Below are positions 26,830-35,380 of a stretch of 35,850 nt of DNA, piece after piece. The position numbers were made by a program, and so were the translations under genes. Source of the DNA: Thermoflexales bacterium (lineage in GTDB: Bacteria > Chloroflexota > Anaerolineae > Fen-1058); NCBI GenBank assembly GCA_017882055.1, contig JADGQE010000002.1, positions 1-35,850 on the forward strand. The letters are read 5' to 3'. Numbering within the stretch: position 1 is the stretch's first letter; the number at the start of each line of letters is the position of its first letter. The notes below the pieces were generated by a model. That model saw only the letters and a program-made list of their open reading frames with translations, was not told the DNA's origin and did not search any database.

Positions 26830-28581
26830 TCATCTTGCAAAGATTCTTCGATACGCGCCGGACTTCGCCATCAATTCATCGTGCGTGCCGATGGCGGCAA
26901 CTTTGCCGCCGCGCATCACGATGATCAAATCGGCCCAGCGAATTTGCGACAGGCGGTGCGTGATCAATAAAGTCGTTCGGCCACGGGCGGCGTTGTAGAT
27001 CGCTTGCTGAATCTGATCCTCCGTCGCGCTATCGATAGCGCTGGTCGCATCGTCCAAGATCAGAATCTTGGGATCGGTCAGCAAAGCGCGGGCGAGGGCG
27101 ATGCGCTGTCGCTGCCCGCCCGAGAGGGTCACGCCGCGTTCGCCGACGATGGTGTTATAGCCATCGCTGAACTTCAGGATAAAGTCGTGGGCTTGCGCGG
27201 ATCGGGCTGCGGCTTCAACCTGGGCCTGCGTCGCCTCAGGGCAGCCGAACTTGATATTTTCGGCTACGGTGCGTGAGAATAGAAACAGGTCCTGCTCGAT
27301 GATGGAAATCTGCCGGCGCAGAGCCGCCATTTGCCAGTCGCGCACATCAATGCCGTCGATGGTGACGCGGCCTTCGGTTGCTTCGTAGATGCGGTTGAGC
27401 AGTTTGATGATACTGGTCTTGCCTGAGCCGGTCTGTCCCACCAGTGCAATCGTTTGACCGGGCTTGATTGAGAAGGTCACATCGTCCAGCACCGGCGTTT
27501 CTGAGTGGTACTTAAACGTCACGTGCTCGAACTCGATCTCGCCTTTCATCTCGCCGGCGTAACCGGTCTGGTTCTCGTCGAGATCACTCCTGGCGTTGAT
27601 CAGTTCGAGAATGCGGCGGGCACTGGATAGGCCCGAGGCAATCTGCGGATACGCGAACGAAGTCTGAAAGGTCGGGAAGCCAAACAATTGCAGCAAGCCG
27701 TTGTAGGTGATGACCTGGCCGATATTGAGCAAACCCAGGCGATATAGGATCAGCGAATGCGCCAGGCCGGCCGCGCTGATAATCGCCAGCCACAAAAACG
27801 GCAGGAAACGTGCCTCGATGCGGCCTTGAGCGACATAGGCGTCGCGATAGGCTCGGGCACCCGTTTCAAATTTCTCGATTGCCTGGGTTTCTTGCGCTGC
27901 ACCCTTGACCGTTTCAATGCCCTCGATCGCCTCGGCCAGTACCGCGTTCATCCCGCCGAACTGGCGTCGGACCATCTCGGTCGCCGGTCGCAGCTGGCCT
28001 AAGAACCGTTGCAGCAACAGGAAATACCCGATCGCAAAGATCAGCGGCACGACGATCAGGGTCGGCTGCATCGTAGGCGCAATGACCAGCGGCATCACCA
28101 GAAACATGAACGAGCCAATAACCAGATTGACGCCGGGGTTCATCATCAAGTTGACTTCGCGCACGTCGTTGGTGGCGCGCGCCATCACGTCGCCCACCGA
28201 TTGCTGATCGTGGAACGTCATGCTCTTGCCGATCAGGCTGGCATACAGCTCATGGCGCGTATCGCGTTCGAGCCGCTGGCCGATGACTTCGCTGCTGAAG
28301 TTGCGGCCCAGCTGCAGGATGCCGCGCACGACTTGCGAAACGACGATGCCCAGCGCAGCCAGGCCGATCAAGTCGTACTGGATGGGCTTCGCAGTCACTG
28401 CGTTGAAGGCTTGTCCAATGTACACCGACATGAAGGCCGCGCCGGCCGCGTTGCCGATTGCGCCGATGAACAGGGTGACGATGAAAATCTTGTGGCGCAA
28501 AACATGCGACAGCACCCAGCGTCCGGCGTTATCGCGATGTTCGGGCGCCCATTTGAGTTGAATCGAAAATTCTGAATTCAT
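26830..28581 (-). CDS. ABC exporter permease/ATPase half-transporter (degenerate-site Walker B Asp, canonical signature)
   Basis: Walker [10 protein letters not shown], signature LSGGQRQ, Walker [13 protein letters not shown] (Asp replaces the catalytic Glu), H-loop ITHRLS. It is the upstream partner of 24912..26753. Confidence 0.9.
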   Translation of the reverse strand: MNSEFSIQLKWAPEHRDNAGRWVLSHVLRHKIFIVTLFIGAIGNAAGAAFMSVYIGQAFNAVTAKPIQYDLIGLAALGIVVSQVVRGILQLGRNFSSEVIGQRLERDTRHELYASLIGKSMTFHDQQSVGDVMARATNDVREVNLMMNPGVNLVIGSFMFLVMPLVIAPTMQPTLIVVPLIFAIGYFLLLQRFLGQLRPATEMVRRQFGGMNAVLAEAIEGIETVKGAAQETQAIEKFETGARAYRDAYVAQGRIEARFLPFLWLAIISAAGLAHSLILYRLGLLNIGQVITYNGLLQLFGFPTFQTSFAYPQIASGLSSARRILELINARSDLDENQTGYAGEMKGEIEFEHVTFKYHSETPVLDDVTFSIKPGQTIALVGQTGSGKTSIIKLLNRIYEATEGRVTIDGIDVRDWQMAALRRQISIIEQDLFLFSRTVAENIKFGCPEATQAQVEAAARSAQAHDFILKFSDGYNTIVGERGVTLSGGQRQRIALARALLTDPKILILDDATSAIDSATEDQIQQAIYNAARGRTTLLITHRLSQIRWADLIIVMRGGKVAAIGTHDELMAKSGAYRRIFAR

Positions 28582-28697
28582 GCTTTGATTATTGAAGGCA
28601 ACAAGTCGCCAGGTAGCGTATATCGAGCGACGTAAAGAGCGCAGGGCTAGATTTGCGTTCGCCTTTGCGCTCCTGGTTAGGCCAATGGGCTGGTTGT

Positions 28698-28970
28698 TTA
28701 GCGCGGCTCGTAGACGCTGCGGCGGTGACCAATGAGGTGGACAATGAGAAGTCGGCCTGCGCTGTCAACCGAATAGATAACCCGGTAATCACCGGCGCGA
28801 AGTTTGAACAAGCCTCTAAACTCACCGGTGAGCGCTTCATGTGGCACGCGGTCAAAGTTCTCAGCGAGCCATTTAATCTTATCGAGCACACGCTGCGCCG
28901 CTGAAGGGCTTAACCGGCGCAGGCCGTCACGGGCTTCGGGCCTGAATTCGACCGGGTAAGTTGTTACCAT
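28698..28970 (-). CDS. type II toxin, RelE/ParE family
   Basis: 90 aa. The [31 protein letters not shown] pattern is typical of RelE/ParE toxins. Its start overlaps the upstream gene's stop (ATGGTAA). Confidence 0.85.
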   Translation of the reverse strand: MVTTYPVEFRPEARDGLRRLSPSAAQRVLDKIKWLAENFDRVPHEALTGEFRGLFKLRAGDYRVIYSVDSAGRLLIVHLIGHRRSVYEPR

Positions 28971-29182
28971 TTCAGCCCGAGATCTTTAGCAACCTCTTTG
29001 GCGGCGAGGCCGCGTTCGCCGTGCTTAACCGCCGCCATCGAGCGGCGCAGCCTGGCTTTGACGGCGGGCTTGAGTTCAAGTCCTTTATCGGGATCGCCAA
29101 GCAGCTCAGTTAATTTGCGCTCAACCGCATTTTCGATCAGCGCTTCGAGTTGCGGAATGGTCAGTTGCGAAATTGTTTTCAT
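28964..29182 (-). CDS. putative cognate antitoxin
   Basis: 72-aa gene directly upstream of the toxin and overlapping it by 7 nt. AGGAGAA SD. Assigned by position; family not recognised. Confidence 0.6.
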   Translation of the reverse strand: MKTISQLTIPQLEALIENAVERKLTELLGDPDKGLELKPAVKARLRRSMAAVKHGERGLAAKEVAKDLGLKW

Positions 29183-29233
29183 CGTGCTTCTCCTGGCTTC
29201 ATTCTACTCTAAACTTGGGGCCTGTGCCAGCAA

Positions 29234-31324
29234 TTAGCCGGGCGTCTCGCGCAGCACTTGTTGAATCAGCGTGAGCAGCGGCCCGCGTTCCTCGAAACCC
29301 TGCTCGTTGAGGGTGCTGATGGCGAGATAAATCTTCGTCCGGCAGCGGCGAATCAGACCTCGCATCAAGCGTAATAACGTTTCACGCCGGGCTGCCTGCT
29401 CGTCTTCGTCGGCCCATTTCTTGTCGGCCGGCCAATTGCGACTGAGCACATACGGATGCGTCAGCGGTTGATACAACCGTTCCCACCAGGCCGGGCTGCC
29501 CGCATTCAACCAGAATTGGTAACTCACGGATTCGTTGCTAAGCAAAAACGTATAAGCCGGCGCGAGCAGTACGGCATTCGGCGCTTCGGCGTACGGGCTT
29601 TCGACAAACGTCGCCGCGACGATACCTTCTGCCACCATGCGCACGTAGTCGCGACCGACATTGGGATCATTGGTCGCGGCATACGGGTCGGGGTTGATCG
29701 TCTGCCGGAACTTCCGCGCCGACTGGATGATTTGCGCCGTAATGCGTCCCGGATCGATTTTGGCGTGGAAGCCATAGCCGGGCTGCGATAGCAGCTCGCC
29801 GAAAAGTTTGGCGAGAAAATGATCGAGTGGGATCGGCGCATCCGCATGCCGCTGATCGCTTAGCCACTGCCGCAGCCGATCGTACTTTGCGCCGACTTCA
29901 TAGCCGATCCGATCTTGCAGTTCGGGTCGCAGGCTGTCGAATGTACGCAGTTCAGTTTGCCCGTCCCGCGATCGATATAGCCGCTCTGCAATCAGGTGTG
30001 CCCGCGCCGGATCGAGCCGGTCGATCGACCGTGCCAGCATCTGGGCGACATCGGCTTGCGGCGGCATCATTTTCCAATCAGGGTGTGCCAGCGCCGACAG
30101 CGTCATCAAGCCGCGCGTGATCGCTTCTTCATTTAATGCGCGCGACGGTCGCAGCGATCGCGTTGCGATGTTGTGCCGTGTCAATCGATCGTCCAGCGCA
30201 AATCGCAGCGCATCGCCCAGAAACGGCGCGAGGATGACGATTTCGCGCGGCGCGATCTGTTGCTCGTTGACGAGTTTGGCGACTTCACTCATGACCCAGT
30301 CCAGCATTTGTGGATGGAAGCGACCGCCGCCAAAAGCTAGCGCATTACTCGTGTTACCATGCGCCGTTCGCATAGGCAGATCGCTATCGTCGGCCAATGA
30401 ACGAACGATCGCTGCTTCAAGTGCGTGCACGTTGTCCGACATCACGTGCGATTCCGTCAGTTCGATATGTTGATCGCAGACCGCTCGAAGCGCGTAAGCC
30501 GATTGGGGATCTGCTCCCAAAAACGATCGGTAGCCCGCCTCGCGGTCGTAAACGATCAACGCCGAGTCAGTCTGCGGAATCCAATCGCGCAGCAGATCGT
30601 GCGTAATCGGCGTGTCCTCTTCGACGTTATCGATGACGAGATGGCGATAGCGTTTGAATAAGCGATCGCGGAACCAGTCACGTCGAAGCAGCTGCGTAAA
30701 GACTTCGATTTGCAAAGAGAAGTCGAGCAAGTTGTTGGCCAGGCAGTAATCGCGAAAGCGATTGATGCAGTCCTGAACTTGCGCAAAAGTGATCGTCTGC
30801 GCCGACGGACCTTCCCAGGCGGCGATCAACCGTTTGCCGACTTCGGTATGCGGAAAGCCGACGAGCGCGGCTTTGTTGAGGTTATCGAGCAATTGGCTGA
30901 AGAGGCGTTGGCCGGGCACGCGCACGCCATCGAAGTACAGCTTCTCGGCGACGAAAGGCTCGACCACTTTCTGCATGTAATATTGCGCGGTTTCGAGCGT
31001 GAGGAAAGTTGGCGGCTGATCGGCGCGCAGCGTGGTGAAGCCGGAATCATCGGCGATGGCCGGCCACATCAGATCGACCGACCGGCGTGCCAGTCCGCCC
31101 ATTGTTAATGCCTCGACTTGTTCACCTGCGGGTAAATCTGCCTGGCGCAAGAGCTGTTGATAGGGTTTCAGCAGACTTCTTTGTGGCGCGAGGACGAGGA
31201 TGCTCTTGCCATCGATGCGCGCTGCCAGCAGGGCGCGCAAACGCGCGACAGCCCATGTCGTTTTGCCTGAGCCTGCCGGGCCAGAAAGGAAAAGACGATT
31301 GAGGAGTTCGTTTGCGACGAGCAT
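29234..31324 (-). CDS. AddB/UvrD-like SF1 P-loop protein, no nuclease domain recognisable
   Basis: Walker A GPAGSGKT followed by ILVLAPQRSL (AddB-like). Motif II position reads HLVIDNVEEDTP, with D-N instead of D-E. The C-terminal RRCRTKIYLAIS resembles motif VI. No Cys cluster or PD-(D/E)XK motif seen. ATG 31324 preferred over track start 31396. Confidence 0.7.
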   Translation of the reverse strand: MLVANELLNRLFLSGPAGSGKTTWAVARLRALLAARIDGKSILVLAPQRSLLKPYQQLLRQADLPAGEQVEALTMGGLARRSVDLMWPAIADDSGFTTLRADQPPTFLTLETAQYYMQKVVEPFVAEKLYFDGVRVPGQRLFSQLLDNLNKAALVGFPHTEVGKRLIAAWEGPSAQTITFAQVQDCINRFRDYCLANNLLDFSLQIEVFTQLLRRDWFRDRLFKRYRHLVIDNVEEDTPITHDLLRDWIPQTDSALIVYDREAGYRSFLGADPQSAYALRAVCDQHIELTESHVMSDNVHALEAAIVRSLADDSDLPMRTAHGNTSNALAFGGGRFHPQMLDWVMSEVAKLVNEQQIAPREIVILAPFLGDALRFALDDRLTRHNIATRSLRPSRALNEEAITRGLMTLSALAHPDWKMMPPQADVAQMLARSIDRLDPARAHLIAERLYRSRDGQTELRTFDSLRPELQDRIGYEVGAKYDRLRQWLSDQRHADAPIPLDHFLAKLFGELLSQPGYGFHAKIDPGRITAQIIQSARKFRQTINPDPYAATNDPNVGRDYVRMVAEGIVAATFVESPYAEAPNAVLLAPAYTFLLSNESVSYQFWLNAGSPAWWERLYQPLTHPYVLSRNWPADKKWADEDEQAARRETLLRLMRGLIRRCRTKIYLAISTLNEQGFEERGPLLTLIQQVLRETPG

Positions 31325-31331
31325 AAGAGCG

Positions 31332-31340
31332 ATTATAGCA
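31332..31340 (-). promoter_or_regulatory. extended -10 element positioned for a leaderless transcript
   Basis: Minus strand TGcTATAAT, with exactly 7 nt (CGCTCTT) between TATAAT and ATG 31324. No SD. The -35 is weak (TCAACG at 18 nt). Confidence 0.45.
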
Positions 31341-31461
31341 CGCGTGTGTGATAGCCGTTGATTTCGCTTGCCTTCGCGTAGGCAATGCGCTATCAAACAT
31401 GTTCGTCTTGCGAGTTTTCTTTGAGAAATAAGAGGCTATGCGAACAGGAGCGGGCAGGGCG

Positions 31462-32631
31462 TCACTTCTTTTTCCTCGGTCGAATCAGCGATCCGCGTTG
31501 CAGTGATTGTGTGCCAAAGCGATGCCGGATTTGATCGACCGTCCTGGTGAGTTGATCAATCCGTTCGCTTCTCGGCTCAAAGAGACTGAGCTGTCTGGCA
31601 GCCAGACCCAAACCACGTGCCGCCACACCAATCAATCGAATGGGGCGGCGATTCCAATTGGCCTCGAAGAGCGACCACGCGGTTTCGAAGATGGGCTGAT
31701 CGAGATCGATCGGTTGGGGCAGGGTGGTCTGCCGTGTAAAAGTCGTGAAGTCGCCGTAGCGAATTTTGATCGCGATGGTGCGCGCGCTCAACTGATCTTC
31801 GCGCAAGCGAGCACCGACGTGCTCGCTGAGTTCGAGCAACACACTCCGTAAACTGGACACGTCTGCCACATCGCGCGTAAAGGTTGTTTCCTGGCTGACC
31901 TGTTTGATCGATTGCGCCGATTCGACGGGGGATTCATCTTCGCCGCTGGCGCGTCGAATGAGATCGGCCGCGCCGCGTTGGCCGAAGTGCCGAACCAACG
32001 TATCCGATCGCGTTTGAATGATTTGCCCGATCGTCTCAACACCCATCGACTTCAATATCTCAGCCGTTTTAGGCCCGACGCCCCACAAGGCTCGAACCGG
32101 CAGCGGTGCGAGAAAGGCGGCCTCTTGACCAAATGGCACGCGACAAATGCCATTCGGCTTCGCTTGCTCGGTGGCGATTTTGGCGACGAGCTTATTGCTG
32201 GCAATACCGATCGAGCAGGGGAGACCCAATTCATTGCGGATACGGTCGTGCAGCCAGTGCGCGAGTTTGTCGGCCGAACCGTAACGCAGTTCGGTACCGG
32301 TCACATCGAGGAATGCCTCGTCGATCGAGAATTGCTCGATTTGGGGCGTTATCTCGGATAACATCGATATGACTTCGCGCGAATGTTGTGAGTAAATATC
32401 ATGGCGACCGGGCAGGAGAATCAAAGCGGGGCACAACTGCAAAGCCGTTCGGGTCGGCATGGCCGAGCGGACACCGAACTTGCGCGCCTCGTAGGAAGCG
32501 CTGGCGATGACGCCACGCTGATCGGCGCGTCCGCCCACTGCGACCGGCTTGCCACGCAGATCGGGTCTGTCGAGCAGTTCGACCGAAACAAAGAACGCAT
32601 CGAGATCGATGTGCAGGATCGTGCGTGTCAT
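31462..32631 (-). CDS. dinB: DNA polymerase IV (Y-family)
   Basis: ILHIDLDAFFVSVE, SYEARKFGVRSAMP, SIDEAFLDVT, SIGIASNKLVAKIA and WGVGPKT: the canonical DinB motif set. Confidence 0.95.
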   Translation of the reverse strand: MTRTILHIDLDAFFVSVELLDRPDLRGKPVAVGGRADQRGVIASASYEARKFGVRSAMPTRTALQLCPALILLPGRHDIYSQHSREVISMLSEITPQIEQFSIDEAFLDVTGTELRYGSADKLAHWLHDRIRNELGLPCSIGIASNKLVAKIATEQAKPNGICRVPFGQEAAFLAPLPVRALWGVGPKTAEILKSMGVETIGQIIQTRSDTLVRHFGQRGAADLIRRASGEDESPVESAQSIKQVSQETTFTRDVADVSSLRSVLLELSEHVGARLREDQLSARTIAIKIRYGDFTTFTRQTTLPQPIDLDQPIFETAWSLFEANWNRRPIRLIGVAARGLGLAARQLSLFEPRSERIDQLTRTVDQIRHRFGTQSLQRGSLIRPRKKK

Positions 32632-32637
32632 GGCGAC

Positions 32638-32675
32638 AAAAAACCTTGCAAGAGTTTCCGAACTCTCGCAAGGTT
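32638..32675 (-). terminator. intrinsic terminator between the 143-aa gene and dinB
   Basis: Minus strand AACCTTGCGAGAGTT-cgga-AACTCTTGCAAGGTT (15-bp stem, one mismatch) followed by TTTTTTG. It starts 4 nt after the upstream stop, and its U-tract ends 6 nt before the dinB ATG. Confidence 0.75.
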
Positions 32676-32679
32676 GGAT

Positions 32680-33111
32680 TCAGCGTTTGCCGTTAGGCGA
32701 AGCGAGTAGTTTCTTATACGCGCCTTGCCATAGGGTAGGGGACTTCGTAAAGGTTGAGATGCGGATGTCGGAGAAGCGCGCTGCCAGGCCGGCGAGTTCG
32801 ATCGGCGCGGTGGCCCAATCGTCGCTGCGCAGGATCTGTTCGAGCCGCTTCGATGTATCGGGTAACCATAACCACTCGCGCCGAAGTTGATCGGCTTTGA
32901 CGTAGTAATCGCGCTTTTCCCACGCGCTGGCCGATTGATCGATCGATGTATCCATGCTGCGTAAGCCCACCACGATGAAGGCCAGCATGTCTTTGGCTTC
33001 GGCGTCGATCGATTTCTTTTCGCTGAGATGGCGTAGGATTTCGGCGATGGCGCGGCGAATGGCGTTGCGCTGTTGTGTGGGTGTTCCGTCGATGTGAGTG
33101 ATACGGCTCAT
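32680..33111 (-). CDS. hypothetical 143-aa protein, first gene of the dinB locus
   Basis: Clean ORF with helical, protein-like composition, directly downstream of the SOS-box promoter. No family or motif recognised. Confidence 0.6.
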   Translation of the reverse strand: MSRITHIDGTPTQQRNAIRRAIAEILRHLSEKKSIDAEAKDMLAFIVVGLRSMDTSIDQSASAWEKRDYYVKADQLRREWLWLPDTSKRLEQILRSDDWATAPIELAGLAARFSDIRISTFTKSPTLWQGAYKKLLASPNGKR

Positions 33112-33153
33112 AGTGATTTTGATCTCTGATTTGCGATTTCGGATTTGACGCCG

Positions 33154-33182
33154 ATGTTAGCACAAAAGTTCTAATTCGGCAA
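33154..33182 (-). promoter_or_regulatory. promoter of the 143-aa gene / dinB locus
   Basis: Minus strand TTGCCG (33177..33182), 17-nt spacer, TAACAT (33154..33159). Confidence 0.55.
33158..33173. promoter_or_regulatory. candidate LexA/SOS operator (TAGAAC-N4-GTGCTA)
   Basis: Minus-strand TAGAACTTTTGTGCTA. It starts 3 nt after the -35 and overlaps the first two nt of the -10, exactly as in the recA-operon promoter. Confidence 0.5.
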
Positions 33183-33575
33183 GCTCGAGAAATGAAGTTA
33201 CTCCAAACGTCGTAGGCCCACGTGCTTTCGCGGTCGGTGCCCGACGATGGCGCGTATTATCCACGATTTGGGCGAATTCGCAAGGCTTGCCGCCGCACCT
33301 TGATAAAAGAGGCTCGTTGAGCCGTTTGCCATAGCCATAGGTGGCTGCCTGGAGTGTTGTATGGTCAAATGGATTGCCATGGATTATCTGGGAAATCTCA
33401 CCTTAATTGCGACGGGCATGGGCAGACGCGAAGAACATTTTTCAAGGAGCGATCAACTAACAAAAAACTTGGTGCCTTGGTGGCGAGATAAAGGTCAACT
33501 GCCTGAACGTTTACCGTTTTGGAAGGAAGTTGTGTGCTCAATGAGCCGATTTTCTACATCAAAGTGAATTCACCC

Positions 33576-33604
33576 TTGACAGCGCCCGAAAATAGTATTA
33601 AACT
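33576..33604 (+). promoter_or_regulatory. promoter of the HNH-integrase pair
   Basis: TTGACA (33576..33581), 17-nt spacer, TAAACT (33599..33604). AGGAG lies 10 nt before ATG 33643. Confidence 0.55.
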
Positions 33605-33642
33605 CAACATACACTTAGTCATGTAACAGGAGTTTTGAACAC

Positions 33643-34137
33643 ATGAAGAAGATCTTGTTGTCCGCCAGTGGCAAGGGTCGGCCCTCAAATCGCACGGAAC
33701 CTGTCTACGCTCTGGTTGATGATGAGGACTACGAGTGGTTGTCACAATGGAACTGGACGGCCATCCTGACCCATCGAAAGAGCGGCGGTTATGCTACACG
33801 CAATGAATATGGTCAATCTATTCTCATGCACCGCTTAATTATGGATGCTAAAGAGGACGAAGAAGTCGATCACAAGAACAACACTGGCCTCGATAATCAA
33901 CGGGAAAATCTACGTATCGCCACGACTAAGCAAAACCGGGCAAATAAATCAAAATACGGCAACAACACATCAGGCTTCAAGGGTGTCAGTCGCAGTGGTA
34001 ATAAATGGCAAATGCACCTCAAGGCGATTTACGATACTCCAGAAGAAGCGGCTCAAGCCTATGACGCCTGCGCCAGGATCCTATTTGGTAAATTTGCCAA
34101 TCTCAACTACCCTGAGACTGAACCTCGCCGAGGATGA
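33643..34137 (+). CDS. HNH endonuclease with C-terminal AP2-like DNA-binding domain
   Basis: HNH_3-type motif VDHKNNTGLDNQRENLRIATTKQN. AP2-like FKGVSRSGNKWQMHLKAIYDTPEEAAQAYDACARILFGKFANLNYP. The coding sequence is visibly AT-richer than the flanking genes. Confidence 0.85.
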   Translation: MKKILLSASGKGRPSNRTEPVYALVDDEDYEWLSQWNWTAILTHRKSGGYATRNEYGQSILMHRLIMDAKEDEEVDHKNNTGLDNQRENLRIATTKQNRANKSKYGNNTSGFKGVSRSGNKWQMHLKAIYDTPEEAAQAYDACARILFGKFANLNYPETEPRRG

Positions 34138-34140
34138 AAA

Positions 34141-35202
34141 GTGGCTAACACGCTTAAGTCGAAATCGTCCCAATCAATGCCACTGGCGTCAGCGCCGACG
34201 TTCACCGTCGCCGACCTTGAATATGGCGAACAATTCATCGCCACCATCGCATCGAGTCCGAAAACCGCCGACGCTTATCGCTATGGACTGGGGCAGCTAG
34301 CCGAGTTCTTTGCTGCAACTAAATACCTGCCAGGCAACAAGCCCCCTGCCCCCAAATATGCTATCGCGCGATTGAACGACACAGTGCTATTGAAGTTTTA
34401 CGAATGGCTAACCAAACAAAAGTATGCCCAGACAACTTGTGATAACTATCTGGCGGCTGTAAAGCGCTTCCTGATCTGGCTCGACGCCAACGATCGATTG
34501 CCGAGTGGCTTTCAGGTGGGCAAAGCCGTCAATCGCTTGAAGGCGGCGCGCGGGACCCGCCGGGTCGCAAAGGCCGGACGCGAACCTGATCCGGGCGTGC
34601 CCAACATGGTGACGTACTACGATGCCATCCCCCTGCCCGCGCTGGACGAAAAACGCGGCAAGATCAAGCGCCTGGAGATTCTGCGTGCGCGTGCGATCGT
34701 GCATACGTTGTATGCCTCTGCCGGCCGCGTGAGCGAAGTTGCGTCTCTTACTCGCGAGATGGTACTTGATGGCCGCAAGAGCGAGATCCGCATCACGGGT
34801 AAAGGCAACAAGGATCGCATCATGTTGCTGACGGCCGACGCTCAGCGTGCCATCGCTGCCTACTGCCGCGAGCGCGACGACGATTATCCTGGTCTGTTTG
34901 TTTCGCATGGCCGCGATGTCGGTAAAACGCTGGGACGTGGGACGCTGTGGTCGGTGGTGAAAAAAGCGGCCAAAGCGCTGGGATTGTTCAAGGGCACATC
35001 GCCACATGCCTTTCGACATTTTCGCGCACAGCAACTGTTGCACGAAGGCATGGATTTAGACGTGCTACAAGCCTACCTCGGCCACGCTGACATCAGCACG
35101 ACGCGTCGCATCTACGCGCCGTACACCGCTGTGGAGAAAGTGCGCGATCAGTTGGAGACGTTTGGACGCAGTGCGCGAGATGCGGCAAATGACGCGCGAT
35201 GA
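34141..35202 (+). CDS. tyrosine recombinase / phage-type integrase
   Basis: N-terminal SAM-like core-binding domain (FYEWLTKQKYAQTTCDNYLAAVKRFLIWL). Catalytic residues R (AGRVSEV), HxxR (HAFRHFRA) and H..Y (LGHADISTTRRIYAPY). The GTG start is 3 nt after the HNH stop. Confidence 0.9.
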   Translation: MANTLKSKSSQSMPLASAPTFTVADLEYGEQFIATIASSPKTADAYRYGLGQLAEFFAATKYLPGNKPPAPKYAIARLNDTVLLKFYEWLTKQKYAQTTCDNYLAAVKRFLIWLDANDRLPSGFQVGKAVNRLKAARGTRRVAKAGREPDPGVPNMVTYYDAIPLPALDEKRGKIKRLEILRARAIVHTLYASAGRVSEVASLTREMVLDGRKSEIRITGKGNKDRIMLLTADAQRAIAAYCRERDDDYPGLFVSHGRDVGKTLGRGTLWSVVKKAAKALGLFKGTSPHAFRHFRAQQLLHEGMDLDVLQAYLGHADISTTRRIYAPYTAVEKVRDQLETFGRSARDAANDAR

Positions 35203-35204
35203 TG

Positions 35205-35369
35205 TGCCATTCCGAACGCGACCGGCGTGTCATTCCGAACGGAGTGACGCCTGGCGGCCCACCGGCGCAGTGCGCCGGACATGGGCGGAATCTCTGGCAC
35301 CGCAGGCTACGTTTTTAGTCGGCAGTGCCAGAGATTCCTCGTCGCAAAAAGCCGCTCCTCGGAATGACA
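35205..35369. mobile_element. MITE-like element copy B (35228..35369) preceded by one solo end unit (35205..35220)
   Basis: TIRs GTGTCATTCCGA ... TCGGAATGACAC. Perfect 14-bp inner inverted repeat GGAATCTCTGGCAC / GTGCCAGAGATTCC. The left half closely matches copy A. An extra unit TGCCATTCCGAACGCG lies 23 bp upstream. Confidence 0.7.
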
Positions 35370-35380
35370 CCCAGTATGCC

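Noticed and set aside
31325-31396. 24-codon N-terminal extension of the AddB-like gene, and a possible third SOS box at its promoter
   Set aside because: The extension would read through the TGcTATAAT element. The promoter shares only the GTGCTA half-site. The other half (TCACAC) matches TAGAAC at 3/6 positions, so this is not a full operator.
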